Assembly (NCBI RefSeq): GCF_009914755.1
Contig: NC_060926.1
Length of the DNA stretch: 64,000 nucleotides
Reading direction: 5' to 3' (one strand)
Origin: the human T2T-CHM13v2.0 reference genome, Homo sapiens
A model generated the notes under the pieces. The model made no database searches, was not told the DNA's origin, and worked only from the letters and a program-made list of their open reading frames with translations. Position 1 is the first letter of the stretch. Every line of letters starts with the position of its first letter. Made by a program: the position numbers and the translations under genes. Of the stretch, positions 43,001 through 55,940 are shown one piece after another.

Positions 43001-44110
43001 CAGGATGGTGTGCACTCTGAAGTGGCTTTTTAGGGCTTTATTGTTAAACCATGCTGCACCAATAACCACTTAACTGCACTGCAATGATCCCATAAGATTT
43101 CAATGCAAGGCCATGGAGAGCTCACAACATCGTGGCTGTAATAGGATATTAAGGCTTGAGAAGAATTTTAATTCAAATGTAGGAAACGTGGGAACCCTGT
43201 GAAGAGGCTGTAACTTACCATGAGAAATTATACTGGCAAGGTTTTACCGCAGTTGTAGGGAGACAGTATTACCATCTCATGATGAAACAAAGTGATGATG
43301 ATGAAAGTACATGAGTTGATACTGTAATTTCAGCCCAATAAAGACTTCACTTAAATTACCATACCCCAGGGGAACGCACAGCTTTCAGGATGCAGAGACT
43401 GTTATAGATCAGAAATTTGGTTTGGGTCACCTCTAAGAGGGCTCTCAAGCTTTAAAACATTTCCAATCCAAATATGTAGCTCTAAGACTCGGGCCCACCC
43501 CCACTCCCCTTCTCAGTGACCACCCAGGGCTCATTCAGAAGCTCCTTATTTTAATTCTTGCCTTCACACAGACCACTGGACCACTGCCGCCTTCAAAGAC
43601 CCCTGCCCATAGCGACAACGTTTTTCAGGGTCCCATTGGAGGAAAGCCCACTCAGCATTTGGTGAGGCAGCTAAAAGGGCTGTACCTCCTGCGGGCTGGT
43701 GCAGTGCCCAGCAGGACACAGTGGGCCCTGGATACAATGGCATTTACTGACTGGAAGTGTCTGGGTGGCCAGACCAGGCCTGGGATTCTCTGAAGGTCAC
43801 AGAATGTTGGCAATGTGGTTCTAGCAGCTGCTAGAGCTACTCTGGGCAAGAATAGAGCGGTAGCCATGGGTACAGTCAAAGGGGGAAATGCCCATGACGA
43901 AAGGCTGTCTGGCAGGTTTGATGATCTCCGCAAAATAGGTCTGGCTCAATTCCGTGACGGCAGGTTGCTAGAAAGAGTCCACAGAGTGAACAATGCTACT
44001 CATTTTCCTCCTTCTCCTAAAGAGCCGCAAGTGCAGGATTAGCCACAGGCTCGTAAAAATGCAGGTCCCCTCTAACAGCAGGTTGCTCCATGTCTTTTGA
44101 AGAAACAGAC

Positions 44111-44166
44111 TGTGTGCGTACATGCATGTGTGCATGCCTGCATATGCATGTGTGTGCATGCATGCA
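44111..44166. repeat. Alternating purine-pyrimidine (TG/CATG) low-complexity tract
   Basis: 'tgtgtgcgtacatgcatgtgtgcatgcctgcatatgcatgtgtgtgcatgcatgca'. Confidence 0.85.
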
Positions 44167-44559
44167 ATCTGGCTATGAACGCATTGCAAAAAGTCTCTCT
44201 GATGTCATGACACTAAAGAAATAAGGTGAGGTTATCTTTGATGGGATGTCTCTTTTCTCTTTTTTACCCCTCAATTCTTCTGAGGTGTGCTGGGATCCCT
44301 GAAGATACCTCCCCAAGGCATTATGTCTGCGTATTTTGAGCCTGCTCTTTCTCTACCATGGATCTCCTCTACATGTGGATTATTTAGTTTGGCTACAGAA
44401 AATCTAAACATCACTGCAGCTTTGTCTGGGTGCTTGGGCTGTGCAGCAATCTGTGTTTCTCCCGCTGTCAAGTGGGTTCTTCCAACCCTGCTGGCACTAC
44501 TAAACCATTGCCCTCCTCTCTCTTCACAGCCGAAGGGACACCTCCACTTATAAGAAACT

Positions 44560-45170
44560 CATTATCGTGATCCCAACCTGCTACTCTTCAGGTGTTCACT
44601 ATTTCAGAGAATGGCTGGCAACTCCACCCTTCCCACTGGCCAAACTGGGAATCTGGGGCTTAGCCTCTCCTCCCTCCTCATTTCACCCCCATCCAATGCA
44701 TCCTCCAGTCTTTCTGAAGAGCCATCTTCTCTGGAGACTCCTCTCCGTTGCTGCAGTACTGAGTCTAGCTCAAGCTTCCACTCATTCTTATCAAATTGTT
44801 GCAGTCACCTCCCTGCATCTGCTCTTTCTCCAGTGGTTTCCCTTGCTGCAGTCACAGGGATGTTTCTAAAACACCAGTCTGATTATGTTGCTCCCTGCTT
44901 GAGACACTTTGATAGCTGTGCCCCCCAGAGCAGAAGGCCAACTGCTTGTCACAGCTAAGAAGGCATTTCATGACCGGTCCCACAGTCATCTCTTTCAGCT
45001 CCTGTCACAACTCCACGTTCCGGCCTCTTTCCACGCTCACCCACACTTTGAGGCTTTGAAAATGTTTTTCCCTCTGTGCCTCCTTTGCGTCTCTGCTTGG
45101 ATGTAATTTTCTCCTACTTAGAGGCAGAGGTCCCTCCTGGGTGCTCCCACAGAACCCTTGTGTGCGGGTG
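44560..45170 (+). mobile_element. L2 fragment
   Basis: 'caaactgggaatctggggc', 'gggatgtttctaaaacaccagtctgattatgttgctccctgctt' and 'ctcccacagaaccctt'. Confidence 0.6.
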
Positions 45171-46209
45171 AATACTGTTCATCAAGTATAGATGTCTGAC
45201 ATATTTGGAAGTATATTTGCTTATGACTGCTTAAACTGTAGGCTCATGGACTTTAAAACAGTATAAACTTTAATAAATAGTATAAATAATTTATAGCCCT
45301 GTAAATTCTTAAAATCTGGAAGTCACATGCTACAATTAGTATTGACTTGTTATACATATACAATGAAGGAAATAATTCTTTTTTATGGACAAACTAAGCA
45401 TTTGTTTAAAACCAATGAGCGATAAACTCTGATTTCCAGTGTGCGGCTCTTCTGAACGTTTTAAATGCATAAATACACAAACACACACCGCGCACTCACT
45501 ACATGCTTGGGCATATTCAGCAGAATTCAACTGTCATCTCAACTCAATGCAGGTGTCCCTCGTCAAGGCAGGTGTACCTCATCAATGCAGGGGTACCTCA
45601 TTTTACATGATAGGCATTCTTTTAAAGTAGCATGCAAACTCAGTTTTTGTGAATCAAAGTTGATTTTAAGTGTCCCATTTGAGCAAATTCTATGGTAACT
45701 GTATGTTCAAAGGGAAGAATCACCTCCAAATTTAACCTTCTTGAGTAATCCAGACTTTCATAATTGGATTTACTTAAAGCAGTATTATAAAGTAATTAAA
45801 TTGATTTTAACGAAGAATAAAACACAAAGAAAAAACAGTAAGATGTGTGGATCACATTACACACTGCCAACATCCTACATAATGCAAACACTGAGATGAT
45901 TAAGCTGTCTGAAAGGCCTCCCATGCATAATGATGGAAAAAATATAGGAAAGTTTAGAGTTTATATTCTTGTGAATCCCATTTTATCTACTAATTCAAAT
46001 TTTTCTTTCTCTTTTACTCTCAATTTACAACTACCAAGGACACAAAGAGCATTCTATATTGAAGCCATTTCTCCTCCAGAGGCATAACAATGAGTTTCAT
46101 GGAAGAAGAATCTCAATTTTCTGAATAAATATGAATAAGTAAATAGTTGCTTAGGTACACCAGCATATATGTATAATATTATTATGTAATTGTACCATTA
46201 CACCCTATT

Positions 46210-46378
46210 TCAAGGATTCTTAGATGCTACCAGTATAAGACACTACCACGTTGTGTGCCATTTAGAGAGAAAAACTGCCAACCAAATTATGACACGTAAT
46301 AGATTGTAAGACACAGTCCAATTTCAGAGCTATTAAAATGTGAGAAATGTGTATCTTTTAATCAATGATATATGGTAA
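46210..46378. mobile_element. Ancient Tigger-family MITE (MamRep434/Tigger12-like)
   Basis: 'gattgtaagacacagtccaatttcagagctattaaaatgtgagaaatgtgtatctttaatcaatgatatatggta'. Confidence 0.5.
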
Positions 46379-49269
46379 CAAACTCTCTTCTGCTTTATCT
46401 CCAGCATTTGGAAAAGTGCTTGGCAACAGTAAACACTCTATCAATACTTTTTGAGTACAGGAAGAAATAATAAGTGAATATTCAAAACAATGAAATAGGT
46501 ATGTATCTTGCATTTAAGACAATTATAAAATGATTGGCACTGATCAAACGTTTTAAAGAGCAGTAGTTGCTTTATATACCAGATTATCTCTTCTTTAAAA
46601 TTAGAGTTCAAGAAATTGGAATATCAATAATAAACTATTTACAGACTTCCATCACATAGATAACATCATCAAGTTTAAGATAAATAAAATCAGATATGAA
46701 TTTAATGAGATTTTTAAAAACTAGATGGTGAAAATTTCTGTTATAGTTTGAAATATATTTGTATTTGTCTCCTAGTTGACTTATCTCTCAGGTCTGGGGT
46801 ATCTTAATGTTACTAGACACCCTATAGGCTTCTGTCTTGAGTCACATCCATTTGAATGGAAAATGCCATTTTATCATTGCTAACAACCTGCTGATGCTGC
46901 CAATTACGAACCTTCTTCCTAAATACATTACAGGAAGTCCACTCTATTTATCTTCTCTATCTGACATCCTTTTAAGACATTCCCAGTAGACAGCCCTTTT
47001 CTAAATGAAGAGAGAATTTAATAACATCTCATTCCTGCTTAAATTTGCTAAGTTTAAAGCAACTGTTTTATATATCTTCTTTATTAATTTTATCATTCAT
47101 CTGAAAACTCTTCTCTTTTCTTCCTCACTTGTTCTGCCTTCCTGGGCTCATGAGTATGAAACTGGAAACTAGATACGTCATTTCTGATAGCTTTACCATC
47201 TGACGCTCAGCTGGAAATGGAAGCTACGATTTCCCCAAGCCTTGATCTCCATGTATAAATGCTGGGCCTGTCAGGTCTGAGATAAATCTGTGTCTCCTCT
47301 GTGCCCAATACACAATGCAAAACAGGGTCCACGCCCCTGGAGAGTAGCTAGGCAAGGACATCATGTTCTATCTTTAAAATAAAATGCACATCCTCCCATT
47401 AAATGGCAAATCCTTCATTTCTAACGGTTGAATAGGATGGTACTTACAAATGAATTCCACTTGGTTAAATTTAGAGTTCGGAAAAAAAAAAAAAGTCCTA
47501 TCCAAAAATACACTCTGCCTTGGGGCCCTTTTTGTCTGATTTTGAATTAATGTATTTACACCCTTTCCTCTCAGTATCTTGTGAGACAAACACTAGTTGA
47601 TATAACAATATCAGACTCTGAAATCTGAAACTTGAATACTCTGATTTAGTTCCTTGTACAGTTATTTATTTAAAGGGGGCTTTCTTTTTATTAATATGCT
47701 TTTCAGGGAGGGCACTATTGAAAGCTTGTGTGTTTTTCATTTTGTTTGTTTCTTCAATAATCAACCTTCCCTTTGCCGCTTCCCCAGACAACCCAGGAGT
47801 CCCTCCTTTCCCACAGGGAGAGGGGAAGATAATCCCGAATGAGAATGGCCCGTTCCATAGCCTGTCTCCTTCAAGATTCTCTCTGCAAAACTAACATAGG
47901 TGGGTCCTCTTTTTCAGGGCCCCTTAGGTCTAGAGTTCGAGCCGTTCCCATATTGCTGGTGCTTGCAGCCCTCCCCACAGCAGTGCTGGGCTGCTCCAGG
48001 ATGGTGCCTAGGTGCCCAGTGGCCCCATCATCCTGACTCCCCTTTCCTCCAATCTCCCCACTGCTGCTCCCACCACTGGCTTCTTCCTCCTCATGCCAGA
48101 CTTTGTGGCCTTCTCCTCTGTGGCTGTCACTCCAGCTTTTCCTCCTCCTGCTCTCTCTACCACCTCTGCCCCAATGCTGAGACAGCCCAGAAACATGCTA
48201 CCCATGGCAGCATCAAGGGTTGTGTTCTGGCTGCTCACAACTTTGTGGGAATCTGATGGCGCACGTCTGTTCTGGAGGAACTTGCTGCTCTTGCCCTCCG
48301 TGGAGCCCACGTCTTCACAGAGTTGCCCTGGAGATGCCTGCTCAGGTTCTTGCTAGCCTAACCCTGCCTGTCTGGGGAAAGGCTTCCAACAAGAACTTGC
48401 ATAAGAGCTATCCTGGTCATGGTGACCATCAACACAGAAGGCCAAGGATGGTCACCCATGAGCCTGCCTCAAATTCTCAGTCCGAATACTTTTTGTCTGC
48501 CCCTCTGCCCTCCCTTCCTCTTGCTCAAAAATTAAGACTATATCATCAGCTACAGTTTCTTCTCTTGTTGTTTCAGATGCTGGTTATTGTAAAATGCCAA
48601 GGAGGAACCACACTGGCTTATTGTTTGTTCCCTTTGCTCTCCTGTGTTTATTCCTAGCTTCCTGCATTTCTGCGTATTGGCACAAATATAAGGCTTTTGT
48701 TTGAATTTTATATTTCAAAAACTATAACAGATATTCATGAGTTTAATTTAACTGTCTACTTACTAGCAGCCATGCTTGTTAAGGGCTGCAATAAACCAAC
48801 TGAAAAATTAAGCACTCCACTTCCTCACATCCTAAGCAATGCATTATTTTAAGAGTCCTGTCATTAGGAATTCAGTTGGTACTCATACCAGCAGCAGCAG
48901 ATCCTAATGACTCCATTTGGTATTCATACAGATGTTATCATGTATCACGCCCTCCACTGCCATCAGAGAATCATTCCCATTCAATGTTTTTTTTTTAATT
49001 CCCTGTGTTTGATAAATACGCTGATAATCTTTGCTCTGCACAATAAAAGAATATTAAATTCAGGCCTGACTAATGCATGGCTGGAAACATAAAAGAAACT
49101 TTCATAGGTCCCAACACCAAAATACTCTGACCTATTCCTACTACTCCAGCCAGCTGATTTTTAGGCATTCTTACATTTCTGGACGCCATTCTAAATAATG
49201 CGAAGATAAAACTCTCTAAATTGAATCTTAAATCTTAAAATGTACCAAACCATAACTACCTTTGACTGT

Positions 49270-49445
49270 TTACTTTTATCATGCCAGATATTCACTTGAT
49301 TGTCTTAACAGCCCCATGAAGCCAGCATTATTAACCTCATTTTATGCAGGAGGAAAGAGAAGCAAAGAGGTTAGGAAACACGCTTGGCCACAGAGTGAGG
49401 ATGTGGCAGAGCTGGGCTTCAGATTCAGGACTTCTCAACTACCAA
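49270..49445 (-). mobile_element. MIR
   Basis: 'aacagccccatgaagccagcattattaacctcattttatgcaggaggaaag...gaggttagg...tggcagagctggg'. Confidence 0.7.
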
Positions 49446-49501
49446 GTGGGTGCTTTCGGACCTATGTGTCAGCCAGCAATGTAACCCTACCCCTATCTAT
49501 C

Positions 49502-49911
49502 TGGGATGGTCAGTTCTATATGTCAATGAGGCAAGACCTCAGTCCCCAGTCATTCAATCAAACAGAAAGGTTATTCAATCCAGGTCTTTCTGTGAAGTTA
49601 TTTTGTAGATAAGATGAAAGTCGATAACAATAATAAAAAAAAGTCTATCATCAGTTGACTTTAAGGAAGAGCATCCCAGACAACCTGGGTGGGCCTGATT
49701 CAATCAGTTAAAAGGTTCTAAGGGCAGAAATGAGGATTCCCTGAAGAAGAAGAAATTCTACTGGTGGACTTCAGCTTCAGCTCCGGACCACATGTTTCTT
49801 TCTACACTGCTCTTCCTGATGGCCTGTCCACGGCTTTTGGACTTGCCTGCTAGCCCCATATTCGTATAAGCCAACACCTTGCAATCAATCAATCAATCAA
49901 CCTACCTATCC

Positions 49912-49948
<37 letters not shown>

Positions 49949-50010
49949 TATGTACACATCCATATATCGCCTACTGTTTCTGTTTCTCTGTTGGAGCCCA
50001 TACTGGTACA
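49502..50010 (+). mobile_element. MLT2-type (ERVL) solo LTR
   Basis: 'atcagttgactttaag...tgggtgggcctgattcaatcagtt...ccctgaagaagaagaaattct...tttctgtttctctg...ctggtaca'. Confidence 0.85.
49916..49946 (+). repeat. (CA)n microsatellite within MLT2
   Basis: Read directly. Confidence 0.95.
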
Positions 50011-50711
50011 CCACTGAAGGGCTTTTACTGACGACTGAAGAGCTCTCAGGTGCTAATACTATGCCAGGCACTCTCACCTGTTAATGTACTACAAGTCTAT
50101 ATGTGTACTACATGCCAGGCAATTACTGAATGAGCCACAGTCTTTAAAATCAACCTCCCTCAACCCCTTAATGACAAGCAATTTAATTCTAGCAACACTC
50201 ATGGCTATTTCTCCTTTTGTAAGCTGGGCCTCTTTTTATCCTAACGGAGGTGGAAAGTTACAACCCTTCCTCTTCACAATCTGAAGCCACTCGTGTTTAT
50301 CATGTCATTGATAAAAAGATGATAAAATTATGTAAAACCTGTAAGTTGCCTAACACTGTGCCAATTCTGTTCACTGTGTGTAATTTTATTATTTTATATA
50401 ATTAACAAGTTCATGCAAAACTCAGTCATTCTATGTGCAAGATTAAAGTGAAGTAATTCGAGTATTACCAAAATATTATTCCTTAGACACCAGTTTAGAA
50501 AAGCCTATTCTTCTCTTCAGGTTAAATAACCCACGCTTTCTTAATGCTTCACTGTGAATCATGCACCCAGACTTGGAATTACCTCCCTTGTCTGCTGTGG
50601 AGCTTTTACTATTCTTTTTTTTTTTTTCTCATTCAAAGTAGCTAACATTGCCTTTGGTCTTTTAATAAATGATTCTGAATTGTTGAGGAATTCTGGTTTT
50701 TTTCTTCTTGT

Positions 50712-50864
50712 TGTTGTTTTGTTTTTTTTAGATAGGGTCTCACCCTGTCACCCAGGCTGGAGTACAATGGCACGATCCCAGCTTACTGCAACCTCCGCCT
50801 CCCAGGTTCAAGCGATCCTCCCACCTCAGTCTCTCGATTGCAGGTGTGAGCCACTGTGCCTTGC
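50712..50864 (-). mobile_element. Alu monomer (FRAM or internally deleted AluJ)
   Basis: Single antisense arm of ~150 bp with T-rich tail. Confidence 0.75.
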
Positions 50865-51292
50865 TGGAATGCTACTCTTAATATAAAACAAATACTATGT
50901 TTACTAACCACATTCATTCTTGGGTTCACTGTATCCTTTTTGTCCCACTAGAGTCTACCTTCTGATTCTCCCCTTCCAAGCAAAGAGAATCTTGATCCTT
51001 TACTGTCAGTCTTGATTCGAGTGAATGAGTACTGGCCTATGACCATGGGATGCGTACAAATTATCTGGTCTTTAACAAAACTGTCTGCCTGATGCTTGTT
51101 TCCATTCAGGTGGCTTATGCTTGCCCAACTTTCTCCTATTTCATAAATTTTAATCTGTTTTGGCTATGTCACCTCCTGCCTATTGGTCTAAACCAATAAC
51201 TGGTCACCTATTTGCCACTGAACATAGTTTTCAACTTTTCACTCATGTCATTGATCAAGAGATGAATAAAAATAACCTTTTTTTGGAATAGG

Positions 51293-52711
51293 TGGGGAAA
51301 GAATTCCCTATTTAATAAATGGTGCTGGGAAAACTGGCTAGCCATATGTAGAAAGCTGAAACTGGATCCCTTCCTTACACCTTATGCAAAAATTAATTCA
51401 AGATGGATTAAAGACTTACATGTTAGACCTAAAACCATAAAAGCGCTAGAAGAAAACCTAGGCAATACCATTCAGGACATAGGCATGGGCAAGGACTCAT
51501 GTCTAAAACACCAAAAGCAATGGCAACAAAAGCCAAAATTGACAAATGGGATCTAATTAAACTAAAGAGCTTCTGCACAGCAAAAGAAACCACCATCAGA
51601 GTGAACAGGCAACCTACAGAATGGGAGAAAATTTTTGCAACATACTCATCTGACAAAGGGAATATCCAGAACCTAAAATGAACTCAAACAAATTTACAAG
51701 AAAAAAACAAACAACCCCATCAAAAAGTGGACAAAGGATATAAACAGACACTTCTCAAAAGAAGACATTTATGCAGCCAAAAAACACATGAAAAAATGCT
51801 CATCATCACTGGCCATCAGAGAAATGCAAATCAAAACCACAATGAGATACCATCTCACACCAGTTAGAGTGGCGATCATTAAAAAGTCAGGAAACAACAG
51901 GTGCTGGAGAGGATGTGGAGAAATAGGAACACTTTTACACTGTTGGTGGGACTGTAAACTAGTTCAACCATTGTGGAAGTCGGTGTGGCGATTCCTCAGG
52001 GATCTAGAACTAGATCTAGAACTAGGAATACCATTTGACCCAGCCATCCCATTACTGGGTATATACCCAAAGGATTATAAATCATGCTGCTATAAAGACA
52101 CATGCACACGTATGTTTACTGTGGCACTATTCACAATAGCAAAGACTTGGAACCAACCCAAATGTCCAACAATGATAGACTGGATTAAGAAAATGTGGCA
52201 CATATACACCATGAAATAGTATGCAGCCATAAAAATGATGAGTTCATGTCCTTTGTAGGGACACGGATGAAGCTGGAAACCATCATTCTCAGCAAACTAT
52301 CGCAAGGACAAAAAAACCAAACACCGCATGTTCTCACTCATAGGTGGGAATTGAACAAAGAGAACACATGGACACAGGAAGGGGAACATCACACACCGGG
52401 GACTGCTGTGGGGTGAGGGGAGGGGGGAGGGATAGCATTAGGAGATATACCTAATGCTAAATGATGAGTTACTGGAGGGAGGGGGGAGGGATAGCATTAG
52501 GAGATATACCTAATGCTAAATGACGAGTTACTGGGGGGAGAGGAGAGGGATAGCATTAGGAGATATACCTAATGCTAAATGACGAGTTACTGGGTGCAGC
52601 ACACCAACATGGCACATGTATACATATGTAACAAACCCACACGTTGTGCACATGCACCCTAAAACTTAAAGTATAATAATAATAAAAAAAAAAGAAAAGA
52701 AAAAAGAAAAA
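51293..52711 (+). mobile_element. 5'-truncated L1PA4-like element (ORF2 C-terminus + 3' UTR + polyA)
   Basis: ORFs 51499-51681 and 51788-52219 give L1 ORF2 peptides ([21 protein letters not shown]; [18 protein letters not shown]). The 3' UTR 'ttaggagatatacctaatgctaaatgacgag...caccaacatggcac' fits L1PA4. Frameshifted. Confidence 0.95.
52415..52591 (+). repeat. Tandem triplication of a 59 bp L1 3' UTR unit
   Basis: 'gatagcattaggagatatacctaatgctaaatga(t/c)gagttact' recurs at 52431, 52490 and 52549. Confidence 0.95.
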
Positions 52712-52969
52712 GCGTTTCTCCACAGAGTGGAGAAGTTCTTTTGGGTCTCGGTATAGGCCATGTCAGCTGCACAGTGAAAACCAAGAATGTGGCATTCCTT
52801 GCAAAGAAAGGAGATTCATTTTGAAATTGCTTCTCAACTTTCACGTAAATTATGCCCAATATTTTAACACATTGACAATATGATCAGCTTTCTACTTCAG
52901 AATGTGCTGAGTTTTTTCCCTATCTTTATGCAGTTGTGAAGTACCTATGAAACCAAGTGGATAAACACA

Positions 52970-53092
52970 GTGTTATGGGCTGAATTATATTCTGCCAAAA
53001 GTTCATGTGTTGAAGTCCTAACCCCAGTTCCTCACAATGTGACATTACTTGGAGATAGGGTCTTTACAGAGGTAATAAAGTTAAAAAGAGCT
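52970..53092 (+). mobile_element. MLT1B-like LTR 5' fragment, abruptly truncated
   Basis: 'tgttatgggctgaatt...atgtgttgaagtcctaaccccag...tggagatagggtctttacagaggtaat'. Confidence 0.8.
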
Positions 53093-54309
53093 AAAAATAA
53101 ATAAATAAATAACCTTCTTATGTATAGCCGCAGTATGTTCAATCTGAAATGAACTTTGAAATACAAAATGTACTGATTTGGATTGAAAAGAGCATTACTA
53201 CAATGCTATCCCCTGCCTCAGAGACTATTCGCTAAATATTAATTCTATTAAAATGACCATTCAGGAGAAAAGCACTCTTAATACCTGATTTGAGAATAAG
53301 CATACTTCTGTTTAGACAATAATAGAAAACAATTCTCCCATTATTTATTCACTAAGCATTGGTAGTTAGCATTTTTATTGCTCATTTGTTTTCATTTCCA
53401 AGCAGATTTTTCAAAACTAGACTTGATTAATAATATACTATATTATGTAGTAGCATTTGGATATTATAAAACATTAAGGAAAGGTCTAGATAGAGGATAC
53501 AAATATGTTCTTCCTCCACTGCTACTGTACTTCATTTTGATCACTGCATGTGCAAAGGTATGCATCAGAAACTTCTAGATGAAAACTGCTAATTATTACA
53601 AGGATGCCATAAACAATCTTGCCTTCTGCATCACTGTGTAATAGTGCAAACAGGAATAACATGTCTTGGACCAAAGTGTAAGGAAAACTGTGCTTCTCTA
53701 AGTTGCTAAGTTGATATTTAAGGACAATATGACTCTCAAAGCCCTTCGAGTTTCTCTTTTAACTTCAGCTGCTAGGAAGCTCAAATCCTGTCTACAGGCT
53801 ACTTTTACTTACAATGTAATAATTGCATGAATTTTAACAAGTCACCTTACATTCTTTTCTAAAGAAGGACATAAGAATAGCATTGTAGTTTGGAAGGCTA
53901 AGATATATGTGATCATTTCGGGAGCTCTGACCAGCTTCGCTGTTTGGCTGGACAAATCACATAATTAGAGCTAACATTAGACACTTCTCCACATAGGAAA
54001 TTAAGACTCTACAATGCCTTCCCTCTTATCCAAGCTCACTCTGATATTTGGTGAAGTTTAACTGAAGAATCTTAAAAGAAAGCTTTTACATAAATGCTAA
54101 GGAAGGCATAAAAAATGCTTCTGATTTGCGCACACATGCCGTATAATAACCCAGTGCAGTGTCTGAGTCAGAGCTGCTAGGGTGTGGGCTTCCTGGGGCG
54201 GAGCACCTTAGTCCATCTATTCTGTTAGTTGTCTGATGCTTTCCTTTTGACAATCGATTGACCTGTTTTGTAGGAAATGTGGCACTATGGGTCTTCATGA
54301 TTTTGCATG

Positions 54310-54485
<176 letters not shown>

Positions 54486-55849
54486 ATGCACTTTTTATGC
54501 TGAGGGACAGGCAGTGCAAAGGATGTGAGTCTGGCTGCTGTCGCAGGTTCTGACCCCTTTGACATGGAAAAATTCCAAGTAGGAAGGTTCAGTAGTCATT
54601 TGGGGTTTCCAGTGCCCTAGGACTCATACTGAACTTTACTGATCAACACTTGAACTGCACAGAAATGCAGCTTGTAAATGCAGGTATTATGTATTATTTG
54701 CAAAATGGTCCTTTGAAAAATTAAGCTGCTCTCCTCAGCAGCAGCTGCCATCATCTCCCTGAAAGAAGGCTCAGTGGTAAACGAATGGCAGCCCAGGGGC
54801 TGCAAGGAAAGACTTGTATCAAAAACATGTGCACCACAGACACAAAACCCACTACCTGTGCCAGGTGTTAGAGAACTCTGTGTTGTTATGCCATAATGTG
54901 AAGTTTCAAGAAGAGGTGAGTATCTGCAAAGCAATTTAACATTTTAAAAGCTGTAGGTGGTAAAGGTTAACCTCCCTGGTGATTCATCAGGACTGTCTTG
55001 TTAAGAGTGGCAGAATTTACAAGCACAAAATAATAGCTGGCAGGAGAAAGTGCCCAAATGAAAGAGGAATAGAATCCATCTACAGCCAGCTCACCAAGCC
55101 TCTGAAACAGGATTCCTTGGCATGTGGAAGTAATTCAGAGATCAATGGGAGTAATATATTGCTCTTTAGCCCAAAGGAGAATAAGGCTACATTCACACAA
55201 CTAAGGAATAGTGAGTCCTGATTTCTACAAGAGATTAGCCTATAAAAGGAAGACTGTCCTATTTATTAACATAAGAACCTAGCATTATTAGAGGCTTAGG
55301 GCAAAACTCCACCTTGACCCATGCGAAAATATTTGCCCAGAAACTAACAATCAATTGTTTTACATTTAGCTAAAGTTTTATGCTTGATGACAAACATAGT
55401 CCATAAATGCCACTTGGTAATTTGCATTGGTAAAAACTAGCCAAAAGTCACACTTAGGGCATATGTGCTTCCAAATACCGCATAACTTGTTATAACATGT
55501 CCTCAAATTTACAACTATGCTGTATGTCCCCATTAAAACCCAATAAATAATTTCTCTTCACCAGTGATTATGAAGATTTTTCTTCATTAGAGTAGCTTCC
55601 AATCATGCAGTGATTTCAAAAGGTCCTATTTTTAACCCCAATAAACATAGTTGTATTTCTCACCAAATGGGCCCTCGAGATCAGAAATCACTAGGATATG
55701 AAAGAGATAGCTACATACTCAATCAGGAAACCATAAATTTAATGAGGCAAAATCTCACAGGGTCATACATACCCAATGGATAACATAGGGAAACAAATTC
55801 TTAGCTTACTGTTTCTCTATTAGGGATTGATTTTTGCCCTGCCAAAATT

Positions 55850-55940
55850 GCATATCCATGAGCAAAATAAATTGTTATGGCTACTTTAAGTCACTTAATT
55901 TTGCAGTACTTTGTTACACGGCAATAGCTAACCCAGAAAT
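55850..55940 (+). mobile_element. MLT1 LTR 3' terminal fragment
   Basis: 'aaataaattgttatggctactttaagtcacttaattttgcagtactttgttacacggcaatagctaac'. Confidence 0.6.

Noticed and set aside
51499-52416. L1 ORF2-like ORFs as a CDS
   Set aside because: Frameshifted pieces of a 5'-truncated L1; cannot encode a functional ORF2p
52415-52591. CRISPR-like appearance of the palindromic repeated unit
   Set aside because: Units are contiguous L1 3' UTR copies with no unique spacers and no cas genes, in primate DNA
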